DNA of 64,000 bases from Patescibacteria group bacterium (GCA_038061225.1 JBBTZT010000003.1:184515-248514); one strand, 5' to 3'; shown: positions 51,777 to 60,876, counted from the stretch's first letter. Notes: generated by a model not told the origin, from the sequence alone. Numbers and translations are program-made.

Positions 51777-52774
51777 GATATTATAGTCAAAAAATAGTTA
51801 CATTAGGTGGAGGAACAGGACAGTTTCATCTTCTTTCAGGTCTTCGTGAGCTTAATAATAATAGCCAAATTACTGCAGTAGCTGGCACTTGGGATAGTGG
51901 GGGAAGCTCGGGAAGGCTAAGAACTGAACTTGGAGTATTACCACCTGGAGATATTAGGCGTTGTTTGTTAGCGCTTATGGAGAGTGATAAACAACGAATG
52001 GTAGCTCAGACGCTTTTTGATGACAGGCTCGAAGATTTATCAAGTCCCTTTAAAGGACACTCTTTTGGTAATTTATTAACAGCAAGACTAGAAAATATCT
52101 ACAAAGGACAAGATCGTGGTGTGGATGCAGAAAGAGAACTTTTTAGAGTAAGAGCTAAGGTTATGCCTGTAAGTATTACAAATCTTCAATTAATAGCAGA
52201 AACATCAAAAGGAAATAAAATAGAAGGCGAGACAAACATAGATTTAAGAATTAAAGATAAAAATTATGATAAGGACGATAAAATTATTAGGATTTATTTT
52301 GATACAAGAGCTGATGTTAACCCAAAGATATTAGCAGAAATTAAAAATGCAGAAAAAATTGTCTTTTCTTCTGGTGATCTTTATACAAGTGTATTACCCC
52401 ATTTATTAGTTGATGGCGTTCGTGAAGCTATTGTTAAATCAAAAGCAAAACTTATATATGTTCTAAATTTGGCAACAAAACCCGGAGAAACTGATAAATA
52501 TAAAGCTTCTGATTTCTTGAAAGCTTTTTCTTTTTATCTCGACACACCAAATAGACTTGATGTGATGTTGGTTAATGATAATCACCTTGATTCAGAGATT
52601 CTTAAAATTTACAAAGACGAAGGACAGAACTTAGTTGAAATAGATGAAGATAAAGTAAAAGAAATGGAACCGAATTTAAAAATAGTTAAGAAACCTGTAT
52701 CAATTTATCTTAAAAAAGAACACCTACTTCGTCACGATTCAGAAAAACTAGCCGAAGCTATTTTAGAGATATAG
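51773..52774 (+). CDS. yvcK: YvcK/GlmR family (UPF0052) UDP-GlcNAc-binding protein
   Basis: GGGTG, DSGGSSGRLR, PPGDIR, GHSFGNL, KPGET, RHDS. Confidence 0.92.
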   Translation: MRYYSQKIVTLGGGTGQFHLLSGLRELNNNSQITAVAGTWDSGGSSGRLRTELGVLPPGDIRRCLLALMESDKQRMVAQTLFDDRLEDLSSPFKGHSFGNLLTARLENIYKGQDRGVDAERELFRVRAKVMPVSITNLQLIAETSKGNKIEGETNIDLRIKDKNYDKDDKIIRIYFDTRADVNPKILAEIKNAEKIVFSSGDLYTSVLPHLLVDGVREAIVKSKAKLIYVLNLATKPGETDKYKASDFLKAFSFYLDTPNRLDVMLVNDNHLDSEILKIYKDEGQNLVEIDEDKVKEMEPNLKIVKKPVSIYLKKEHLLRHDSEKLAEAILEI

Positions 52775-52776
52775 AT

Positions 52777-53486
52777 TTAAACTTTGCTATTTAATGTCTG
52801 TTGCATCATATCTCGAGTATTCATGATTATTTGATTTATTCCATTATATGTTATTGCATCAGCTTGAATTGGTTCCAATACATCAATTTCGAAACCACTT
52901 TTCGAATTAAAAAATTGTGTCACGGGCAAGATAGGGATATTGAGATTTTTAGCAACCACAAAAGCTCCTTTGTGAAAGATGTCAAGGTCATATGGTCCAC
53001 CTTCATTGCGTTTTCCAGAAGTTCCTCCCTCGGGGTACATAACCACAGCCGATTTATGATCAATCATCAGTCTGTTAACATCGTCAATTAGTTTCTGAGT
53101 TCTATTTTGTCCATCAGCTGAAACCATTACAACTCCACAGCTTTTTTAAATCTTAGACAAAACTCTGGGTAACTCTATTGCTGATTCATGTATCTCCATG
53201 TTCAGTGCTCTAGAAATGGTCGAGAGAGACATATGTCTAATCGGAAAGGGTTCGTACTCTGTCATTGGATTGTCTTCTATCTTTGGCCCGAGGTTATTTT
53301 GGCCATACTCAATTCAGCCAATTCCTTGATTATCTGTTTATAATTTTTCTTGATTGTCGCTGTGTCCTCAGGATTTGAAATTGCTTCGTTAAAAAATGAT
53401 TGAAGTAATCTTGTAGACTGTTTTTCTAAAGGGTCTGAGTCTTTAGGTTGTCTGTTAAATGATGCGTTCATGCTTGTTTCGGTCAT
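52777..53486 (-). pseudogene. Disrupted lysophospholipid acyltransferase (PlsC-like)
   Basis: C-terminal fragment has 'YPEGG', 'F..GAF..A....IPILPV'. In-frame TAA at 53146-48; upstream continuation to about 53280; frameshift to the 53277-53486 ORF. Confidence 0.6.
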
Positions 53487-53791
53487 TTTACTTGTTTTAC
53501 ATGTTTAAAAAGACTAAAGATTGGAAACGCTGTTGACTTTGGTCCTATATGTTGTGGTATTCCTGGTGCTGGCACAGGATTTATTATATCACCTTCCATT
53601 GTCTCAATTGCATAATGAACACCATCACCTTCTGTAGCTTCTGGAAAAGCAATAATACTTACAGAGTTTCCCCCAAACTCTTGTCTTAAGGTGTTGGCTA
53701 GTTTTGCAGACGAATTCCTGCAGTTATTTGCATCAGTAAGTGAATCGTCTAACAGTATTAACTCTCTGGCTCTTTCTAGAATACGTGACAT
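53483..53791 (-). CDS. Hypothetical protein with C..H pattern (possible papain/transglutaminase-like fold)
   Basis: 'NNCRNSS', 'GVHYAI'; overlaps the downstream ORF by 4 nt. Confidence 0.5.
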   Translation of the reverse strand: MSRILERARELILLDDSLTDANNCRNSSAKLANTLRQEFGGNSVSIIAFPEATEGDGVHYAIETMEGDIINPVPAPGIPQHIGPKSTAFPIFSLFKHVKQVK

Positions 53792-53800
53792 GATGATATT

Positions 53801-55570
53801 TTACTTTACTGTCACGCTTTTAGCCAGATTACGTGGTTTGTCTGGATCTGCACCTCGACTAACGCCTAAATAATATCCCAAAAGTTGACCTGCAATTATA
53901 TTCCCAAAAATTGTTAACTCTCCCATATCAGGAGTTTTAATTAGGTCATCAAATTCGGGAGATTCAAATGGAGATATTCCAATAATCTCACCACCCCTTG
54001 CCTTTAATTCGGATGCACTTGATAGTACTTCATTTTTTACCTCGTCATTACTTGCAAGTACAAAACATGGGGTACCTTTTTGAATTAGTGTTATTACTCC
54101 GTGTTTTAATTCTCCGGCTGTAAAACTTTCGGCATGAATATATGAAGTCTCTTTTATTTTTAGTCCAAATTCTAATGCTGCAGGATAGTTTAAATTTTTA
54201 CCAATTACATACATATGTTCATTGTGCTCAATTTTTTTAATAAGTTTGATAATGTTTTCAGATAATTCATTCCCCAGCCATTTACTAAGTTTATTCGATA
54301 ATTTTTGGATATTCTTCTTAGCTTGAAGATACTTTCCTTCAGATGCTTTTGATAACAAATAGAGTGTTGCGAGCTGAGAAGTAAGAGCCTTAGTAGAAAC
54401 AACAGCTATTTCTGGTCCTGCACCAATCGGAATAATTAAATCAACCAGTCTTTCCATTGTTGACCCCCTACTATTAACAATCGCAGCAGTTCTGACCCCG
54501 TATTTTATTGCTTCCTTTAATGCAATTAAAGTATCTGCAGTTTCACCTGATTGGGATATTCCGATGACAACTGAATTTTTATCACAAAATTTAGCAAATG
54601 GTTTAAATTCATATGCACCATATATTTCAGTTTGTATACCTGATTGTGCAAAAAGATATTTTCCAAATTGGGCACAATATGCAGCAGTTCCACAACCAAT
54701 TAATATAACTTTTTTACTTTCCTTAATGATTTTTGCCAATTTTTTAATTGCATCTTTATTTATAAGAGATGACTTTAATATTGTTTTTGGTTGTTCGAAA
54801 ATTTCTTTTAGTAAAAAATGAGGATATCCATTTTTTTCTGCATCTTCTAACTGCCAATCTAAAGTCTTAATTTTTGCATTTATTTGTTTTCCTGTTTTGA
54901 TGTTAAATATCTCAATACCGTCTTTTGTGATTTCTGCCCCCTCTCCATCTTCTAGAAAATGAACTTTGTTGGTGTATTTTAAAAATGCGGGTACATCGCT
55001 TGCTAGAAAATACTGTTTTTTTATTTCGTCAAATCCAACTACTAGAGGGGAACCGTTTCTGCAAGCAATTATACTTTGAGAATTTTTATCTAGTGCACAG
55101 ATTGCATTTGAACCATTTAGAGACATAAACACATCAAAAGTGGCTTGCCTAATTCCTTTTGTCTTTAACTCGTCTTCGATAAGATGACTTACTACTTCTG
55201 TATCTGTCTCTGACTTGTATGCATGATTATTTTTTGATAGCTTCAGTTTCAATTCATGGTAGTTTTCAATTATTCCATTATGGATTACAGCTATTTGGTT
55301 TTTACAGTCGAGATGAGGGTGGGCATTTTCATCAGTTATACCGCCATGTGTTGCCCATCGTGTATGAGCAAGAGCTATGTTTGTTTTTGTTATCTTTGAT
55401 AGTTTTGAAGAACCAATTTTACCTGTGTGTTTTTCTATTTTTAAAACTTGTTTATCGATATAGGAAATACCCCAGCTATCATAGCCACGATATTCGAGAA
55501 GTTTTAATCCCTCAAACACAATTTCGGGAGCGTCTGTACGCTTACCTATATAGGCGAAAATTCCACACAT
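53801..55570 (-). CDS. glmS: Glutamine--fructose-6-phosphate aminotransferase
   Basis: MCGI, EYRGYDS, HTRWATHG, SQSGETAD, GELKHG, PRNLAKSVTV. Confidence 0.97.
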   Translation of the reverse strand: MCGIFAYIGKRTDAPEIVFEGLKLLEYRGYDSWGISYIDKQVLKIEKHTGKIGSSKLSKITKTNIALAHTRWATHGGITDENAHPHLDCKNQIAVIHNGIIENYHELKLKLSKNNHAYKSETDTEVVSHLIEDELKTKGIRQATFDVFMSLNGSNAICALDKNSQSIIACRNGSPLVVGFDEIKKQYFLASDVPAFLKYTNKVHFLEDGEGAEITKDGIEIFNIKTGKQINAKIKTLDWQLEDAEKNGYPHFLLKEIFEQPKTILKSSLINKDAIKKLAKIIKESKKVILIGCGTAAYCAQFGKYLFAQSGIQTEIYGAYEFKPFAKFCDKNSVVIGISQSGETADTLIALKEAIKYGVRTAAIVNSRGSTMERLVDLIIPIGAGPEIAVVSTKALTSQLATLYLLSKASEGKYLQAKKNIQKLSNKLSKWLGNELSENIIKLIKKIEHNEHMYVIGKNLNYPAALEFGLKIKETSYIHAESFTAGELKHGVITLIQKGTPCFVLASNDEVKNEVLSSASELKARGGEIIGISPFESPEFDDLIKTPDMGELTIFGNIIAGQLLGYYLGVSRGADPDKPRNLAKSVTVK

Positions 55571-55603
55571 AATATTTTTAATTGTAGAAAGATTAAATGA
55601 AGA

Positions 55604-55748
55604 AAATTGATTTTAATCCCTTTTCAGAAATAAATTACGATATCAACATATCGGTAGGCATCCGCAGATTATTCGATGTTGTCGAATTTCGATAAACCTA
55701 CTCCTCGTACACCAACCTTGTTAAAACTTAGCTGAGCCACACGCTATC
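55604..55748 (-). ncRNA. glmS ribozyme (GlcN6P-activated self-cleaving riboswitch), compact variant
   Basis: Minus strand: AU-AGCGUG..ACGAGG-A-GUAGGU-UUAUCGAA..UGCGGAU-GCCUAC-CGAUAU-GUUG-AUAUCG..AUCAAU. Conserved core, compensatory P2, directly upstream of glmS. Confidence 0.88.
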
Positions 55749-55794
55749 AAATTTTTAAAGTTTCTTCACTTTTTTCTGTTAATCTTTGTCTATC

Positions 55795-56547
55795 TTATTC
55801 TACTTGTTTGGCAGCAGCTTTGTCAATAAAAATTATTGTACTATTTCCAACATCTTCTTTTTTGAGGTATGATGCCGGATTTAAAGGAGATATGGAGTTA
55901 TGTAGTGCATCTGCAAGAATTTTTCCTTTCTCTGGACCGTACAATATCACGATTCTCTCTTCAGTTTCACCGATATTAGCTAAACCTTGTGTTATGGCTG
56001 TAGGAGGTGTGTCTTGTTTTCTTTCGATGGTATCTCTTTCAAAAGTTACTCGTGATAGCTGTTGAAAATGAGTACGCATGGTAAAAATATCGAAATCATT
56101 ACTGCTTTCTGTAAATCCTAAATGCCCTCCTGGACCTACTCCTAAGATACAAACACTTATATTTTTAACTAGTTTGTCATATCTATCTGCTTCTGCGTAT
56201 GGATTTTTAGCTAAACCATCAATCGTTGCAATATTTCTTCGGTTTATGTTTAACGGTTTAAAAATACGATCGTAAAGAAATTGTGGAAAACTAAATTCAC
56301 CATTATTAGGATATTGCCAGTATTGGTCAAGATGACGAGCTAAAATTCTACTAAAGTCGACACCAGTAAGTTTAAAATTTTTAGCAAAAGGGATCATTGT
56401 GTCACCTGTTGCGAATGTTACAGGAATATCTGGATTCTTTTGCACTTTATTTGCAAAATACTCTGCTGCACCTTTTGCTGTTAAATTCTCATCTGGATAA
56501 ACACGAATTTCGTGTATGTTAGGGTGAGAAATTCGTTCAAATTCCAT
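55795..56547 (-). CDS. nagB: Glucosamine-6-phosphate deaminase (divergent)
   Basis: 'ATGDT', 'LDQY', 'EADRYD', 'LGVGPGGHLGFTE', 'AITQGL', 'PASYL', 'DKAAA'. Confidence 0.8.
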   Translation of the reverse strand: MEFERISHPNIHEIRVYPDENLTAKGAAEYFANKVQKNPDIPVTFATGDTMIPFAKNFKLTGVDFSRILARHLDQYWQYPNNGEFSFPQFLYDRIFKPLNINRRNIATIDGLAKNPYAEADRYDKLVKNISVCILGVGPGGHLGFTESSNDFDIFTMRTHFQQLSRVTFERDTIERKQDTPPTAITQGLANIGETEERIVILYGPEKGKILADALHNSISPLNPASYLKKEDVGNSTIIFIDKAAAKQVE

Positions 56548-56551
56548 TTAA

Positions 56552-56764
56552 TTAATCAATGTCTTCGTCTGTGCTGGCTGCACCCGGTTGTGCGATTGGG
56601 GATGCTGTATTTCTTTATGCTGCTTTTAGATAGTCTCTGGTTGTTTGATTAAGTTCATTTGTTTTAATTCTATCTAAATCAGGTAAACCTTTTGTGTTAA
56701 GAAGGTTAGCTTTCTTATAATCGCTAGTGACCTCTTCTTGTCTTTTATCAAAATCTGGTGACAT
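56552..56764 (-). pseudogene. Small ORF (71 codons) with internal TAA, or a 49-aa peptide (56615-56764)
   Basis: ATG at 56764 just after the promoter; TAA at 56615-17; frame continues to TAA 56552-54, 4 nt before the nagB ATG. Confidence 0.4.
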
Positions 56765-56772
56765 TTGTGTGA

Positions 56773-56801
56773 ATAATATTACTATAAGTACTAATTGTCA
56801 A
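56773..56801 (-). promoter_or_regulatory. sigma70-type promoter driving the small ORF-nagB-glmS unit
   Basis: Minus strand TTGACA (56801-796), 17 nt, TATTAT (56778-773). Confidence 0.65.
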
Positions 56802-56834
56802 ATTTTTAAAAAATTGACGTATAATATAACAAAC

Positions 56835-58913
56835 ATGAAAAAAATACATATGATGGGGATTTCGGGTAGTGGTATGAGTGGGGTGGCTTCACTTGCTTCT
56901 AAAATGGGATATACGGTCACAGGTTGTGATTTAAAAACAGGTGGACATAATAAGAAGCATTTAAATGACATTGATTTATTAATAGTATCTCCTGCCGTTT
57001 TATATCAGTCTAAAGATGAGCCGGAGTTACTTATTGCTAAAAAGAAAAAGATTGTTATGACTTGGGAGGAATTTGTGGGTAAGTTTTTAATGAAAAATAA
57101 GTTTGTAATAGCAATTGCTGGGACTCACGGTAAATCAACAACTACGGCTATGATTGGAAAAATGATGATAGATAACGGGTTTGATCCAACCGTGTTAATT
57201 GGTGCAAAAATACCTGAATGGAATGGAAATAGTAGATATGGGAAGAGTAAATATTTTGTCATAGAAGCTGATGAATTTAATGATAATTTCCTACATTATA
57301 AACCTGAGATTGCTATTGTAAACAATATTGAGTTTGATCATCCAGATTATTTTAAAAATAAAAAACAATTTAAAGATAGTTTTGACAAATTTATAAAACA
57401 ACTTGTTGGTGAAAAAATATTAATTAGTGAAAAAGATAGTTTAAATAAAAAATTTAAATTAAAAGTTTTTGGTAAACACAACCAAAAAAATGCCAATATG
57501 GCTTATTTATTGGGTAAGAGATTGGGAATTAGTGATCAGAAGATTATAAAATCATTAGAAAATTTTAATGGTATAGGAAGAAGAATGGAAGAGATATCAG
57601 ATAATATTTTTGATGATTATGCCCATCATCCAACAGCCATTAAAACCACGCTTCAAGGTTTGCGAAAAAAATATCCAACTAAAAAAATATTAGCGATTAT
57701 AGAACCCCATGGGTATAAACGCACAAAAGCACTTCTCAATTTATATGATGGAGTATTTGACTCAGTTGATAAAGTTATAATCGGGCCAATTTATAAGGCA
57801 AGGGACGAAATTGATAAAACAATATCTTCTGAGATGGTTGCAAAAGCATCAAATCATCCAAACGCTAAAGTGACAAATGACGTTGCAAATATATCAAAAA
57901 ACAACAACGATATTGTAATTTTTATGGGTGCTGGAAATAGTAATCAATGGGCTTTAAATTTTGTAAATAATAACATTTCATTTAAAGATTTGACTACTTT
58001 AAAAATAGGAGGGAAGATAAAATATTTTTTTGAAGTAAAAAATAAAAAAGAATTAGTTCAGAAAGTTAATTTTGCGAAGAAAAATAAATTAGCAATAATC
58101 ATACTTGGTGAGGGAAGTGATATTTTAGCAGGAGATAGAGATTTTAGTGGAGTAGTTATCAAATATGTAAATAATAAATTACAAATAATAAATAATAAGG
58201 TGGTTGCGGGTGCGGGGATGATTTGGGATGATTTGGTAAAAGAAACAGTTGATAAAAATTTCTCAGGAATTGAGTGTTTATCGGGTATTCCTGGAACAGT
58301 AGGAGCAGCTCCAATACAAAACATTGGGGCTTATGGACAAGAACTCTCAGACACCTTTGTCAATTTGACTGCTTACGATATTGAAAATAAAAAATTTACT
58401 GAATTTAATAAAGATGATTGCCATTTTGGTTATAGAAAAAGTATTTTTAAAGATAAAAAATATTGGCAGAAATTTATTATCACTGATGTAGTATTTTTAT
58501 TAAATAAGAACAAAAATTTAGACTTAAATAAAATTCGGCAAGATATTTTAAAAATAAGAGCTGAAAAATTAGAAAATCCTAAAGATATACCAAATGCTGG
58601 ATCATTTTTTATTAATCCTTTTGTCAATCTTAAAACAAAAGAAAGATTAGAAAAAAAATATCCAGATATGAAATTTTATATTATAGGTGATAAGTTTAAG
58701 ATCTCTGCAGGGTATTTGATAGAAAAAACTGGTTGGAAAGGAAAAAGCTTAGGTCCTGTCAAGGTTTCTGATAAACATGCTTTAATTTTGACAAACCCGG
58801 AAGGGCGAGGAAATTTCAATGATATCAAAAAATTAGCATATGCAATAACTGGTGCTGTCTATAAAAAATTTGGTTTAAAACTTGAGCCTGAAGTACAATA
58901 TATAAATATATGA
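56835..58913 (+). CDS. murC: MurC-MurB fusion (L-Ala ligase plus enolpyruvate reductase)
   Basis: MurC: GISGSGMS, GTHGKSTTT, EADE, DDYAHHP, MGAG. MurB from about 57970: TTLKIGG, GIPGTVG, QNIGAYG, FGYR.S.F, NAGSFF.NP, LEPEV. Confidence 0.92.
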   Translation: MKKIHMMGISGSGMSGVASLASKMGYTVTGCDLKTGGHNKKHLNDIDLLIVSPAVLYQSKDEPELLIAKKKKIVMTWEEFVGKFLMKNKFVIAIAGTHGKSTTTAMIGKMMIDNGFDPTVLIGAKIPEWNGNSRYGKSKYFVIEADEFNDNFLHYKPEIAIVNNIEFDHPDYFKNKKQFKDSFDKFIKQLVGEKILISEKDSLNKKFKLKVFGKHNQKNANMAYLLGKRLGISDQKIIKSLENFNGIGRRMEEISDNIFDDYAHHPTAIKTTLQGLRKKYPTKKILAIIEPHGYKRTKALLNLYDGVFDSVDKVIIGPIYKARDEIDKTISSEMVAKASNHPNAKVTNDVANISKNNNDIVIFMGAGNSNQWALNFVNNNISFKDLTTLKIGGKIKYFFEVKNKKELVQKVNFAKKNKLAIIILGEGSDILAGDRDFSGVVIKYVNNKLQIINNKVVAGAGMIWDDLVKETVDKNFSGIECLSGIPGTVGAAPIQNIGAYGQELSDTFVNLTAYDIENKKFTEFNKDDCHFGYRKSIFKDKKYWQKFIITDVVFLLNKNKNLDLNKIRQDILKIRAEKLENPKDIPNAGSFFINPFVNLKTKERLEKKYPDMKFYIIGDKFKISAGYLIEKTGWKGKSLGPVKVSDKHALILTNPEGRGNFNDIKKLAYAITGAVYKKFGLKLEPEVQYINI

Positions 58914-60124
58914 ATTACAAAGCAAAAAAAGTGGCTATTATTGGTTATGGAATTGAGGGACAAGACGCTGAAAAGTTTTTAAAATCTAATAGTGCAAAAG
59001 TTACTATTCTAGATCAAAAAGATAACCTTAATTATTTAAATAATTTAGATAAATATGATTTAATTATGAGATCACCTGGGGTGTATCCCTACAAACCAGA
59101 ATTTAAAAATATAAAAGTTATAACACCAACTCAGGTATTTTTTGAGAAATTTAAAGGTAAAACAATTGGAGTTACTGGAACTAAGGGAAAGGGGACAACA
59201 TCAACCTTAATTTATAATATATTGAAATCTGCTGGGATGGATGTCTATTTAGCTGGAAATATTGGAAAACCTCTATTAGGATTATTACCTAAACTTACTC
59301 CAAAATCGTATGTGGTGATGGAAATGTCATCATTTCAATTAATTGATCTTGACACCTCTCCAAACATTTCTGTTGTTTTAAATATCACATCTGATCATAT
59401 GGATTGGCATAAAAATATCAAAGAATATATTGAAGCCAAGAAAAATATAGTTAAATTTCAAAAAACTTCTGATTGGGCAGTAATTAATAATGAATATAAA
59501 ATTCCAAAAAGTTTTGCAAAAGAAACAAAAGCAAATATTATTTTTTTTTCAAAGAAAAAACTTGATGAAAAATACAAACATGATTTAGTACTTAGAGGTA
59601 AACATAATTTAGAAAATATTGCTGCTGCTGTATCGGTTGCTAAAATTTTAAATATTAAAACAGAAATAATTAAAAAAAATGTAAAAGAATTCAAAGGGCT
59701 TGAACATCGATTAGAATTTGTTAGAGAATTTGCTGGAGTTAAATACTATAATGATTCATTCGCAACAGGACCTCAACCAACAATTGCTGCTATTAAATCA
59801 TTTACTGAGGATGAAACATTAATACTTGGTGGGAGTGACAAGGGGTTAGAATATGAAGAATTAGGAAAAGTGATAGATAAAATGAAAAATGTTAAAAATA
59901 TTATTTTGATAGGTCAAATCAGAAATCAAATTAAAAAACATATTAAAGCTAAAAAAATATTTGATTTAGAATTTTCAAATATGCAAGCAATAATTAATAA
60001 AGCATTTGATATAACCAAAAAAGATGGAGTTGTAATCCTTTCACCCGCTGCTGCAAGTTTTGATATGTTTAAAGATTATAAAGATAGGGGTAATCAATTT
60101 AAGGAGGTTGTGTGGAACCTTTGA
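58910..60124 (+). CDS. murD: UDP-MurNAc-L-Ala--D-glutamate ligase
   Basis: SPG, TGTKGKGTT, GNIG, EMSSFQL, HRLE, NDS.AT, SPAAASFD. Confidence 0.95.
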   Translation: MNYKAKKVAIIGYGIEGQDAEKFLKSNSAKVTILDQKDNLNYLNNLDKYDLIMRSPGVYPYKPEFKNIKVITPTQVFFEKFKGKTIGVTGTKGKGTTSTLIYNILKSAGMDVYLAGNIGKPLLGLLPKLTPKSYVVMEMSSFQLIDLDTSPNISVVLNITSDHMDWHKNIKEYIEAKKNIVKFQKTSDWAVINNEYKIPKSFAKETKANIIFFSKKKLDEKYKHDLVLRGKHNLENIAAAVSVAKILNIKTEIIKKNVKEFKGLEHRLEFVREFAGVKYYNDSFATGPQPTIAAIKSFTEDETLILGGSDKGLEYEELGKVIDKMKNVKNIILIGQIRNQIKKHIKAKKIFDLEFSNMQAIINKAFDITKKDGVVILSPAAASFDMFKDYKDRGNQFKEVVWNL

Positions 60125-60876
60125 TAATTGGAATATTTGATTCAGGATTGGGTGGTTTAACTGTTGTTAAAGAAATTAAAAAACTTCTTCCTCATAGTTC
60201 AATCGTCTATTTGGGAGATACAGCAAGAGTGCCATATGGAACAAGAAGTCCTGAAACAATTAGAAAGTTTGCTAAAGAAGATGTGGAGTTTCTAAATAAT
60301 CAAAAAGTGGGTTTAATTATTGTTGCTTGTAATACTGTTTCATCGATAGCTTTAGATGTTGTTAAAAAAAACTCAAAAGTGCCTGTTTTTGGAGTTATAG
60401 AGCCTGCGATTGAAAAAGCTCTAAAAACATCTAAAAATAATAAAATTGGCCTAGTTGGTACGAGAGCCACTGTTAATAGTAATGCATATAAAAAAATTAT
60501 ACTTAAAAAACATGCTTCGATGCTTGTACCTTTAATTGAAGAAGGATTTATTAAAGGACCTGAAATAGAATTATTTATAGCAAAGTATTTTAATGAATTT
60601 ATTAACAATGTTGATACTTTAATTTTAGGTTGTACCCATTATCCTTTGATTAAAAATGAAATTCAAAAATTTATTGGATCATCTATAATTTTAATAGATC
60701 CAGCTGAAGAAATTGCAAAAGTTGTTTATAAATATATACAAAAAAAATCAATCTATTCTAAAAAACCAAGAAGTGATTTTTACTATTTAACGGATGTAAA
60801 TGAAAGATTTATGAACACAGCCAAAATGTTTTTGGGATATGATATAAGTGATAAAATTAAAAAAATAGAATTATAA
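60112..60876 (+). CDS. murI: Glutamate racemase
   Basis: FDSGLGGL, PYG, ACNT, LGCTHYP; AAGGAGG upstream of the GTG start. Confidence 0.95.
   Translation: MEPLIIGIFDSGLGGLTVVKEIKKLLPHSSIVYLGDTARVPYGTRSPETIRKFAKEDVEFLNNQKVGLIIVACNTVSSIALDVVKKNSKVPVFGVIEPAIEKALKTSKNNKIGLVGTRATVNSNAYKKIILKKHASMLVPLIEEGFIKGPEIELFIAKYFNEFINNVDTLILGCTHYPLIKNEIQKFIGSSIILIDPAEEIAKVVYKYIQKKSIYSKKPRSDFYYLTDVNERFMNTAKMFLGYDISDKIKKIEL

Noticed and set aside
53146-56617. Stop-codon reassignment suggested by two in-frame TAA codons
   Set aside because: TAA, TGA and TAG all terminate conserved genes normally here; point mutations or sequence errors are simpler.
56727-56834. Extended N-terminus of MurC from GTG 56727
   Set aside because: It overlaps the divergent promoter and small ORF; MurC homology begins at ATG 56835.
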